Shown here in pieces: positions 40,122 to 48,477 of a stretch of 64,000 nt of DNA (position 1 is its first letter; every line of letters begins with the position of its first letter). This DNA is from a virus (lineage: Duplodnaviria > Heunggongvirae > Uroviricota > Caudoviricetes). The DNA is taken from positions 64,566 to 128,565 of the IMG/VR virus record IMGVR_UViG_3300010348_000547; one strand, written 5' to 3'. Both the position numbers and the translations under genes were made by a program. Under the pieces are notes generated by a model. The model worked only from the letters and a program-made list of their open reading frames with translations. It was not told the origin of the DNA and searched no databases.

Positions 40122-40324
40122 TCTGATTTAATTTTTAAGAGTTTAACAATTAATTTTAACAGGTAGTAACCTACCATAGCGTCAATTCCAAGCACTACTA
40201 CTAGAGCTAGAAAAGCTAACGCTCCCGGAACTATGTCACGGTTTACAACGTACTCAAAGTACGCACCATTTAGAAGCAGCAAAAAACTTAATGCTGCACC
40301 TAACTTAATCAAGTTTCTCAACAT
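40118..40324 (-). CDS. small membrane protein (68 aa), possible SPFH partner
   Basis: Two hydrophobic helices; its start overlaps the SPFH gene. Confidence 0.35.
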   Translation of the reverse strand: MLRNLIKLGAALSFLLLLNGAYFEYVVNRDIVPGALAFLALVVVLGIDAMVGYYLLKLIVKLLKIKSE

Positions 40325-40447
40325 ACTAGCGGAAAAAAAAAGATTTAAAAATGCGAAGCGTAATATTTAGCTCAACAAAACACATAAATTCTTACATGTC
40401 TTGTTGAGCATAATTCTGTTGCCAAGCTCTACTACGAGCTCCGACTC

Positions 40448-41848
40448 TTAGTCAAATTTCACGCGAGCATATCGGTCTGTCATCACTGTGTCTAACATCA
40501 GTTGTTCAGGTCCGTAAACCTTACCCTTCAGAATAGACTTCAGTATTGATGGACTGAAACCGGATACCAATCCTACGCCTTGGTCTTGAACCTGTGCAGG
40601 AGAATTACCCAAACGACCGTTCACATTCCAGAAGATAATCTCAGGCATTACATAACCAGATTGGTTATACTTTGCACGGATTACATCCAAGTTTGTAGAG
40701 CGATTGTCTCTAGTTGCTGTATTAAACTCCATATCAGAGATAATTAACAACTTAGTAGGCATTTCTTCAGAGGGAATATTCTCTCTGATTGCACTGTTCA
40801 GGATTAGGTCAAAGGAAGCCTGCAGATTAGTGGTCATTCCCCACGCTGCTGAACTCAACTGACGCATCCTTTGAGTCAATGACCCTTTCAGGTATTGCAT
40901 CTCAGGATTTGAGCTGAATGTCAGGAACGCATCCTTGAATATACCTTCGTTTCTCTCAGAGATATAAATCCCAAGAGCAACGGATACATCCATAGGTAAC
41001 CCACCGTTATCATTCATAGAGCCAGACACATCACACATCGGTAAGATGCGTTCAGTACTGCCTTCCATGTAATTAGGTAGGTTATTCCACTGAGCTTCGA
41101 TTGCGCTTGCATTTTGACCACTCTTAACTGCTTGATACAATTGATGAGGGAACAAAACAGAGGCATTAATCTTGGCTTCTCCTGAATGAACTGCATCGAT
41201 ATATGCTTTCATGCGAGCTTCATCATGCTTGAAAAATGCCGTACGGTATCTATTCATAGCAATCGAAGGTACATGAGCATAATTAATGCCACCCCATTCA
41301 CGTCTGCACATAAGCGTCTCCACTACTACAGTCTTTTTCACTAAGTATTGACGGAACTCTTTTGGAGTTACTTTCATATACTTGTGCATGGCTACAAACC
41401 ATGGACCTTTGCGTGGGAACCACTTGGCTAAAAGACCAGCGTTCTCCGATTCCTCTAATGTTGTTTTCAACCAATTAAGGTTGTTATCATTAGGTTTCTC
41501 GATAACGAACACGTCTTTCCAGTATCCGAACTCTGGCACAAGAATCATCAGCTGATCAAAGACTTCCGGATAGTTAGTACCAATATGGCTCATAACAATT
41601 TGGAAGAATCTTCTCTCACCTGCACCTCCTCGTGCGTCGCGAGCCCAAAACAATATCTTCACAGCAACTAATGAGTCTTGAGCGAATGCTCTCTCAAAGG
41701 CTGTCACGATATCTTTTGGTTGCATGTTGCGAGATGCTCCTGCTAAGAAGAACAAATCTACACATGAATTTAACGAAGTCGAGTGCGTAACTGCTCCGTT
41801 TGCTGTCACGCTATTATAGCTGCGTGTTGCGTTTACTAATCTACTCAT
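40448..41848 (-). CDS. VWA-domain protein, candidate TROVE/Ro60-like (DUF2828-type)
   Basis: 466 aa. The C-terminal half has MIDAS elements (MCDVSGSMN, a Thr in TNLQASFD, LLIISDMEFN). The N-terminal half of about 260 aa is alpha-rich. An ORF-free ncRNA island with tRNA-like RNAs lies immediately upstream. Confidence 0.45.
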   Translation of the reverse strand: MSRLVNATRSYNSVTANGAVTHSTSLNSCVDLFFLAGASRNMQPKDIVTAFERAFAQDSLVAVKILFWARDARGGAGERRFFQIVMSHIGTNYPEVFDQLMILVPEFGYWKDVFVIEKPNDNNLNWLKTTLEESENAGLLAKWFPRKGPWFVAMHKYMKVTPKEFRQYLVKKTVVVETLMCRREWGGINYAHVPSIAMNRYRTAFFKHDEARMKAYIDAVHSGEAKINASVLFPHQLYQAVKSGQNASAIEAQWNNLPNYMEGSTERILPMCDVSGSMNDNGGLPMDVSVALGIYISERNEGIFKDAFLTFSSNPEMQYLKGSLTQRMRQLSSAAWGMTTNLQASFDLILNSAIRENIPSEEMPTKLLIISDMEFNTATRDNRSTNLDVIRAKYNQSGYVMPEIIFWNVNGRLGNSPAQVQDQGVGLVSGFSPSILKSILKGKVYGPEQLMLDTVMTDRYARVKFD

Positions 41849-41895
41849 TTGGCTTAGGTTTTTTAGTTAGTTAATAATTGATTAATGGTGATGTA

Positions 41896-42121
41896 CCCCT
41901 CTGCACTCAGTTATGCATGTTGTTTACTTCATTTCTGAAGGATGATTCGTTAGATGCTTTCTAGGCTCCTATACAATTGTAAGCAAATAAAAGTCCGTAA
42001 GATTTCTCTTGGGAACAGTAACAACAAACGTTAATCCATCATTGACTAATCTTGCTTGGTTCCTCGCGTGTTAGTCTACATAACTGCTCACCCTTGGGAA
42101 GTGAGTTATGGTGCATTAATA
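41896..42121. repeat. structured repeat element, copy 1 (conserved 16-nt 5' arm and 39-nt 3' arm around a 170-nt variable stem-loop)
   Basis: CCCTCTGCACTCAGTT...AACTGCTCACCCTTGGGAAGTGAGTTATGGTGCATTAAT. The internal stem CAGTTATG/CATAACTG covaries with copy 2. Confidence 0.5.
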
Positions 42122-42614
42122 TACAGGCGTGTTCAACATGTATAGTGAGACTTCATCTGTGTCTATACACTTCCCTCATTAAGGCCTTAGCCACCTGTAA
42201 TGTTATCTCAAGCACTTAGTTGTAGTAGTCAGACTGGGATTGATTACCCAGGCTCTGGCAGGGTACCACAACTACTGTCACACTACAACATTGTGCTATG
42301 AGAAAACTGTGTTGATTTTTAACAATGGACCAGGTTACTCCACCAATCATTACTAATTGGCTTCATAGATAAAGCATCATAGCTCACCTGAGTGTTTTAA
42401 TCCATCTAATCTTTAACAGTTATAGAGATAATAAATAAATGCAGGTCAACATCATCCCTGCTTGCCCCAGATATTGAAGACTAGATATGCTCTAATTGGC
42501 TGTTCTTTGGGGTTACCCTGATGGTTATTAACCTATTCCACTCAGCTGTGGGGTCAGATTGTTTAAATTAATAACTCGTGCTCTTTATACTCAGCAGGGA
42601 GAGATTTTGGATAT

Positions 42615-42718
42615 CCCTCTGCACTCAGTTGTAATAGTTGGTCTTAGGTCAATATCAATAGATATCCCATGTACATTACAACTGCTCACCCTTGGGAAGT
42701 GAGTTATGGTGCATTAAT
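42615..42718. repeat. structured repeat element, copy 2 (same arms, 49-nt variable stem-loop)
   Basis: Identical 5' and 3' arms. The internal stem CAGTTGTAAT/ATTACAACTG keeps base-pairing through compensatory changes. Confidence 0.5.
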
Positions 42719-42940
42719 TTTGGGAGAACCCACCACCTTTTCACGGGTGATGGGGCTCAGATGTACGACAGGATACGGTTACCACCACACGCTACTTTCG
42801 TAGGCAGGTTCTCCCGGGTTATTGAACTTATAGTTTATAGTTTATAAGTTGCTGATGTATCCTTTGACATCTAATGTTTGCAGAATGCTACTAAGCCAAG
42901 TTATCAAATTGGATTAATATGCTGAAGCATTCTTTGTTTG

Positions 42941-43061
42941 TGGGGGCAGCAGGATTCGAACCTGCGACACATTGTTTTTAGTTTGGTATGCTGACCCAAT
43001 CAACAGATTGGACTGCTTTCGCAGTTATAGACGATTGCTCTACCAGCTGAGCTACACCCCC
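42941..43061 (-). ncRNA. tRNA-like RNA A (acceptor, D-arm and T-arm intact; about 70-nt structured insertion replaces the anticodon region)
   Basis: Minus strand: GGGGGTG-TA-GCTCAGCTGGTAGAGC...GCAGGTTCGAATCCTGC-TGCCCCC-A. The insert holds a GNRA hairpin CTGCGAAAGCAG and the motifs TAACTGC and GCATACCAAAC. Confidence 0.55.
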
Positions 43062-43307
43062 GTTTGCTGTCTGTTCCAGCTGTCAACCCGTATTGTTCTT
43101 ATTGGATGGATGTTACCTCAATGGGCTCATTTCGATGCCAGTGTCCCACTTATTGCTCTGACAAAATCAGTTTTCGGGCCCGTTACTGTTCTTTCGAACT
43201 TAAGTATCCCTGATGCTGAAACATGGTGTGCAGAACTTTCTCTGTAGTCAACCACCCTTATGTAATTAAAAGTCACTAGTACTTCTCAGTCATAAGGCAG
43301 GATTTTG

Positions 43308-43423
43308 TAGGGAGGGCTGGACTCGAACCAGCGACCACGACGTTAACAGCGTAAGTTGGTATGCAGTTAGCAACCTTTGACAGGCTGCGTTTTACGTGCT
43401 CTAACCAGCTGAGCTACCTCCCT
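43308..43423 (-). ncRNA. tRNA-like RNA B (paralogue of A with a different, about 64-nt insertion)
   Basis: Minus strand: AGGGAGG-TA-GCTCAGCTGGTTAGAGC...GCTGGTTCGAGTCCAGC-CCTCCCT-A. It shares TAACTGC and GCATACCAAC with A. Confidence 0.55.
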
Positions 43424-43776
43424 AAAAATACGGACTCCAGCTTGATTCATTAAAAGTGAATTGCTTAAGTTGCTGTATGGAGTCCTTATTAGACAGATTC
43501 CCTTTTTGCTTTTTCCAATAAAAGTTTTTTAAGTTGCGGATGGAATCTTTGTTTAAGGTGGCTGAGAGTGTTGAGCTTTGTCTTGCGACTGACTCAACCT
43601 TTTGCTCTCAGCAATTTCTTAAAGAGTTCAGACTTGGTTACCTGGTAACTGTTGTCTCGGATCTCTCCGGCTACGTTCACTCGAATGGTGTCTACGCAGC
43701 TAAACTACATGCATTGTTCCTGACTTTCGTCAACGCTTTGAGCTTATAACACTCACAGTTGTTTTGCTCAGACCTT

Positions 43777-43792
43777 TTTTTGTATATTTGTC
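43777..43792 (+). promoter_or_regulatory. Bacteroidetes-type -7 promoter element (TTTTTTTGTATATTTG) driving a near-leaderless HNH gene
   Basis: TAnnTTTG consensus 4-5 nt before ATG 43795. The same 16-mer precedes the HNH gene at 47002. Confidence 0.45.
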
Positions 43793-43794
43793 TT

Positions 43795-44277
43795 ATGAAG
43801 ACTTGTACACAATGTGATGGTAAACATCACGCTAAAGGTTACTGTAAGATTCACTACAAGGAGTTTATTCTCGACAGTAAAAAGCTTAATCAACTATGCT
43901 CAATAGATGGTTGTAACAATAATGTTGGAAAGAACGGTTTTAACGGATTATGTTCTAAACATTATACCCGTGTAAGACGTAATGGAGATGCTTTAATTGC
44001 AGGTAAAAACCGACAGTTTTATTCACTCCAAGAGTTCTTTAACACTAATGATACAGATACAATTCTTGACACTGTATTTGAAAGCAGAGTACGCTGGGCG
44101 TTTGCCGTCAAACTTTATTATGGTGACAAGTGTTGTAAATGTGGATGGGCTGAAACATCTTGCGATGCTGATCATATCATCCCTTTTGAATCCGGTGGTC
44201 CTAACACAATAAGAAATGGACAAGTTTTATGTCCTAATCATCATGCTATTAAACACCGACCTTCTACATCATCTTGA
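43795..44277 (+). CDS. HNH endonuclease with N-terminal Cys-rich repeats
   Basis: C-terminal CDADHIIPFESGGPNTIRNGQVLCPNHHAIKH. The ORF track starts at 43759, but the internal ATG at 43795 is chosen because of the promoter position. Confidence 0.6.
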   Translation: MKTCTQCDGKHHAKGYCKIHYKEFILDSKKLNQLCSIDGCNNNVGKNGFNGLCSKHYTRVRRNGDALIAGKNRQFYSLQEFFNTNDTDTILDTVFESRVRWAFAVKLYYGDKCCKCGWAETSCDADHIIPFESGGPNTIRNGQVLCPNHHAIKHRPSTSS

Positions 44278-44390
44278 GTTTAACGTGGCTCAAACCACGG
44301 TGCAAATATACACATTAATATCAGAAGAACAAGAGCCGGTCTAACCATCACCACTGGTATAGCTGACCGACTCCGCTCTATATCTTGACA

Positions 44391-44534
44391 TCATATTCCG
44401 CCACAATAGGCGCACTCAATCCAAGCACCTGTACCTGGACCACCAACATATTCATTATGGCCGCAATAGCCACATTTGAATACGAGCCTTTTGGGTTTTA
44501 CTTTAGGCTTTGATTTATGTTGTTTCTTTTTCAT
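44391..44534 (-). CDS. small zinc-ribbon protein (47 aa; not in the ORF track because it is under 60 aa)
   Basis: MKKKQHKSKPKVKPKRLVFKCGYCGHNEYVGGPGTGAWIECAYCGG with two CxxC pairs. Confidence 0.3.
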   Translation of the reverse strand: MKKKQHKSKPKVKPKRLVFKCGYCGHNEYVGGPGTGAWIECAYCGGI

Positions 44535-44542
44535 CAAATTCA

Positions 44543-44582
44543 AAAGATGAGACCGCGCATTAAATAGCTAGGTCTCATCTTT
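44543..44582. terminator. 12-bp perfect hairpin (AAAGATGAGACC-N16-GGTCTCATCTTT), candidate terminator or processing site
   Basis: Long perfect stem between convergent transcription units, with flanking T-rich sequence on both strands. Confidence 0.4.
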
Positions 44583-44759
44583 AAGGTATTTTCAGCTCTC
44601 AGACACCGCCTGGGTAACCTTGGGTCTGAGCCAGAACTTCTGTTAACTAACGTTCATCTAGTTCTCGGCATCCTTTTCAGTCAACCCATTCCAGCGCTAG
44701 AGTAGGGTGCTCTTCTTGAAGAATGACTAACTGACTTCTTAAGCTCGTCTGCCCATATC

Positions 44760-45365
44760 TTATAGCTGGATGTTGAACACAGGAGCAAGAGCCAAATGAG
44801 GCTGTGTGGTATTCACTTCTTCTCCTGATTCATTTAGTTTTACTGCACATTCTGGGTATAATACAAACTCGGCCATGACATCAATGTTCCAATTCATTCC
44901 CATATACAACCAGGTTGAGTAATGCTGTTTCCAGTCACTACCATCTACAAATAATGAATCAAGTTCATCCATGTAGATTCTGGTTTCTCCTCTTTCAATT
45001 TCTACTTCAGTTATGATATATATCATACTCTTACCGAAATTGTATGTTGCTGGAGTATTGTCATCCACTGACATGTTGCATGTGTGACGAGCGAATGCAA
45101 GTATTTGTTCATGTTGACCTTTACCGATTCGATAATCGCAGGGTTCTGCATATGCAGCTTGCAACGAGGGTTTCATTTGTTGTAACTCCCCTAATACATG
45201 TTGCCCTGGTAAAACAAGCAATGCCTCACAAGAGAGGAGTAAAGACGGGTCATATTCACCACCGTTATGTTCAATGACTTGATGACCCATCTTTATTAAT
45301 TTTTGTTTTACCACATTGTACACTGAGAAATTAGCCTGATTACTTTTAGAGAGATATATTCTCAT
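44760..45365 (-). CDS. hypothetical protein (201 aa)
   Basis: ORF. Confidence 0.45.
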   Translation of the reverse strand: MRIYLSKSNQANFSVYNVVKQKLIKMGHQVIEHNGGEYDPSLLLSCEALLVLPGQHVLGELQQMKPSLQAAYAEPCDYRIGKGQHEQILAFARHTCNMSVDDNTPATYNFGKSMIYIITEVEIERGETRIYMDELDSLFVDGSDWKQHYSTWLYMGMNWNIDVMAEFVLYPECAVKLNESGEEVNTTQPHLALAPVFNIQL

Positions 45366-45730
45366 TAAAGAGTCTCTCCAAATAACTCAGTATAATTAGC
45401 TTGGGCAATAGCTAATTCGATTTTCTTGTTTGCGATTTGTACTGATACTTTTTGGTATTCAGCAGCCCAGGAGTCAGCATCAAATGCTTTACCTACCGTT
45501 AATGAATAACGATTATCAGGAGATTGGTCAAGCATTAACTCACGCTTATCTTCCAGGTTCATGACTTCTTTATCTAAGCCGTCGATGATGCCACGTTGAG
45601 CAACTTTACCTGATTTAATAATACGATCGCCTCTGTCTCCGATGATGGCGTCCCCTCGACGTTTAATCATGGAGTCGAATTTACCTGCTACTTTGCAGTT
45701 TCCTTTTTTGGTTGATGTTCTTGTACTCAT
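45365..45730 (-). CDS. hypothetical protein (121 aa)
   Basis: ORF. Confidence 0.45.
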   Translation of the reverse strand: MSTRTSTKKGNCKVAGKFDSMIKRRGDAIIGDRGDRIIKSGKVAQRGIIDGLDKEVMNLEDKRELMLDQSPDNRYSLTVGKAFDADSWAAEYQKVSVQIANKKIELAIAQANYTELFGETL

Positions 45731-46028
45731 TTTCTAATTTTTTAAGTGATTGATGATTGGGTTGATATATTGAGTTTACGAATTTTCCCAACTCCCACTC
45801 AAGGGAGCCTTGCGAGCGTGACGGTCGTTGCACATTGATTCAGCTACGCTAATCAAGAGGTGGTACTGAAACTGACGCTATGTACAATTAGATACTCTCT
45901 TCAGAACCCACAACCTTAAACCGTTATAAGTGTTACAGTGGAAGACTAAAGAGAGGAAGCAAAGCTTCAAATGTGAGGGTTCTCAGACTTTTCCCACGGC
46001 ACGCCTGGTACTAGGTTGAGATTTAACC

Positions 46029-46610
46029 CTATGGTTTCTTTAAAAGAGCTTCTAAATCAGACACAAATTCAAGAGCCAATACTCTTAAACTAGATATGCG
46101 TGTTCTATCTTTAGCGAACTCGTTGTACTTGGTACGCATTGCAGTTATCTTATTGATAACTCTGTCCAAATCTTCTTTCCCCTCAAGTCTTTTGTTATGC
46201 TTAAGATGAAATTCAATTTCAAGTCTCAGCTTATTTTTGAACAGGAGCTCATCATTTAATCCTTTGATTTTGAGTTCAAGATTATTCAGATGATTTTTCA
46301 CATTTTGACGTGTGTTTTTAATACGATGGTAGTCTTTACTGCCTTGTTCTACCTCTCTGTATTTATCTCTCAACTGAGATAATGAATTCTGAAGACTGAC
46401 TTTTCTGTTGATGTAGTCATTCCTCTTCTGCTTAATATCCAAGATTAAACTCTCGATAGTATGCAGATTTTCTTTGGTTGGATTAAACGTGTCTGACATG
46501 GTGTGTATAATTATGATTAAGAATAATAATGATTGAACCCGAGTCCAACGGACCACTGCGAGTTGTTGGCTTTTCAATTCCTCGGCACGCCAGGACAGCA
46601 GATACTCCAA
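46029..46610 (-). CDS. coiled-coil hypothetical protein (the true start is probably the internal Met near 46499)
   Basis: The first 37 codons translate an AT-rich, promoter-like stretch and contain the GC-rich 15-mer motif. The rest is heptad-rich. Confidence 0.4.
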   Translation of the reverse strand: MEYLLSWRAEELKSQQLAVVRWTRVQSLLFLIIIIHTMSDTFNPTKENLHTIESLILDIKQKRNDYINRKVSLQNSLSQLRDKYREVEQGSKDYHRIKNTRQNVKNHLNNLELKIKGLNDELLFKNKLRLEIEFHLKHNKRLEGKEDLDRVINKITAMRTKYNEFAKDRTRISSLRVLALEFVSDLEALLKKP

Positions 46611-47001
46611 TCACAGGTTCAATAAGGATATGGTAGCCGGTCTGTTTAAGACGCAGTATCGGGATTGCTCCCTAGACATCCCGTAGTATGTCACCCGGCA
46701 GGGCTTTCGAGATCCTCCCTCCGTTCCCCTTTTACCATAATGTGTTGTTCTCCTCTTCTGTATGTAACGCGAGAGTTGATATTACATTCGCCTCAATCCC
46801 ATACTCGCCATCAATCCGCTGTTTAGTGCTTACACTCACAATAGACTTATTACTCCACGGCACGCCTGAAGATTCGTGATTGTTGGGGATTCTGTTGACC
46901 GCAAGAAGATACAGAGGGCGATGACTAGTATTTGCTCATGGGCTATGACCCACTTTACCCCTCTTAGAGAACAATATTTTTTTTTTTTGTATATTTGATA
47001 C

Positions 47002-47355
47002 ATGAAACAAGGTAATCATTCTGACCGTGATCGTGAGTTATATCTTAAAAGCATACGCTTTAAGGGTTTAACTGCTGCTGAGAAAGCTCTTCTAAAGAAA
47101 GAGGAGTCAAAGTTTAGGGATATCAAACGAAAGTACAATCTTACTAAAGAGCAGTACTTAAAGATGATTGATAATCAGAACGGATTATGTCTGGGTTGTG
47201 GTAAAGCTCCAAAGAAACTCTGTATTGACCATTGTCATACCACAGGCAAAGTCAGAGGTATTTTATGTTCGGATTGTAATGTTGCTCTTGGGCTTCTTAA
47301 AGATGATCCAAATACTTTACGCAATCTAATGCATTACCTAATACGACATTCCTGA
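47002..47355 (+). CDS. Endonuclease VII-family (HNH-like) endonuclease
   Basis: CLGCGKAPKKLCIDHCHTTGKVRGILCSDCN is paralogous to the C-terminus of the 12033-12578 product. The same TTTTTTTGTATATTTG promoter sits just upstream. Confidence 0.6.
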   Translation: MKQGNHSDRDRELYLKSIRFKGLTAAEKALLKKEESKFRDIKRKYNLTKEQYLKMIDNQNGLCLGCGKAPKKLCIDHCHTTGKVRGILCSDCNVALGLLKDDPNTLRNLMHYLIRHS

Positions 47356-47372
47356 CCATACTTGCGACATTT

Positions 47373-47579
47373 TTGTCGTATCAAAACGATGTTGTTAAGT
47401 TATTCAAGCCCTTTAATAGAGCGCTCTACGACTGTTCAAAACATTTCCTAACAATACCAAGAACAGGACCATACAAAAGATGGTTCTCTTTGTGCGACAA
47501 ATTTGTCGTATTAGGTTTGCTTCAGCTAGGTAAAAACTTAAAAACCCTTGACCAAAGTCTTTCGTGCACTGTTTTGTAG
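47373..47579 (+). CDS. hypothetical protein (68 aa)
   Basis: Short ORF. Weak. Confidence 0.25.
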   Translation: MSYQNDVVKLFKPFNRALYDCSKHFLTIPRTGPYKRWFSLCDKFVVLGLLQLGKNLKTLDQSLSCTVL

Positions 47580-47810
47580 GTCTGTAAGGTGAGACTTAGG
47601 CGTTTCTCCATTCACCACTCAGATTTCCCGAGGGAGGCTTTGTCTGGATTGGACCATATCTCACCCAACTTCTTAATGTTTTGCTCACTTACCACATGGT
47701 TTTAATGGGAGCTACCCAACATAGCCTAGTTTATACACCAGGTCAGGTGCTCCTGATTCTATAGTGTACTTTAGTCAGTGAGCTAAGGTTCCTTCAGTTG
47801 GTCCGGAACC

Positions 47811-48128
47811 TTAATGTTGTTTCCAATCAGCCTCAGGTTGATTAAACTCTGGGTCATTGTCAGGATCTGGATGAGCGATTTGCTCACCATAAGCTTTCTT
47901 TAAGTCCTCTTGTTTTTCCATGAGGCTTTTGTAGTTGTACATAGTACCTGGTCGTTCTTTGATTCCGACCATTATATAATTGAAATGGTCTGACGGTAGA
48001 TGCTTGCTATACTCAATCTTGTTGATGGTAGCTTTTCCTCCTGCGAAATCATCCTGACCGCGGTACACATACAATGCAGAGGGAACATATATTACGTCAC
48101 CCTCTGCTGGTTGTTTGTACTCTGCCAT
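47811..48128 (-). CDS. hypothetical protein (105 aa)
   Basis: ORF. The hairpin AAGGTTCC-N12-GGAACCTT lies immediately 3' at 47783-47810. Confidence 0.45.
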   Translation of the reverse strand: MAEYKQPAEGDVIYVPSALYVYRGQDDFAGGKATINKIEYSKHLPSDHFNYIMVGIKERPGTMYNYKSLMEKQEDLKKAYGEQIAHPDPDNDPEFNQPEADWKQH

Positions 48129-48377
48129 GATTAGTATGTGTTTAATGATTATTAGTGCAAGAGGTAGACGCTACTCCTGCTCCCGGATTCTTTCTCAGCC
48201 TTCTTGGCTCTTATGTCAACCACAATTAAGAGAATCACTCCTATTTGGTTCCGGTGCTGGTTATATTTATCAAACCAGTCAACTTTAGACTCATTACGGG
48301 ATGTATCTTCCTAGGAAAGTTACTTGTCCCTCGCTTACCCTCAGTGATTAGTTGAGGCTGGGCAGAGTCCAATCAGC

Positions 48378-48477
48378 GGTAAGTAGAGGAATTGAACCTC
48401 ATGTAACCAACGTACGGATTCGAACCGTATCTTCTCGCTCCCTCCTCAGGAGCAGCCCACCAGACAGGGACTTACCG
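48378..48477 (-). ncRNA. tRNA-like element (tentative)
   Basis: Minus strand: GGTAAGT...GCTCC-TGAGGAG-GGAGC...ACGGTTCGAATCCGT...GAGGTTCAATTCCTC-ACTTACC-G. It has a 7-bp acceptor pairing and two T-arm-like hairpins but no canonical D-arm. Confidence 0.3.

Noticed and set aside
42972-43247. Plus-strand 91-aa ORF inside the ORF-free island.
   Set aside because: It lies exactly antisense to tRNA-like RNA A. Its composition reflects the structured RNA, and it has no start context.
43534-43749. Plus-strand 71-aa ORF upstream of the HNH gene.
   Set aside because: No promoter or start context. It lies in the region likely to hold the minus-strand promoter and leader of the tRNA-like RNAs. Low coding plausibility.
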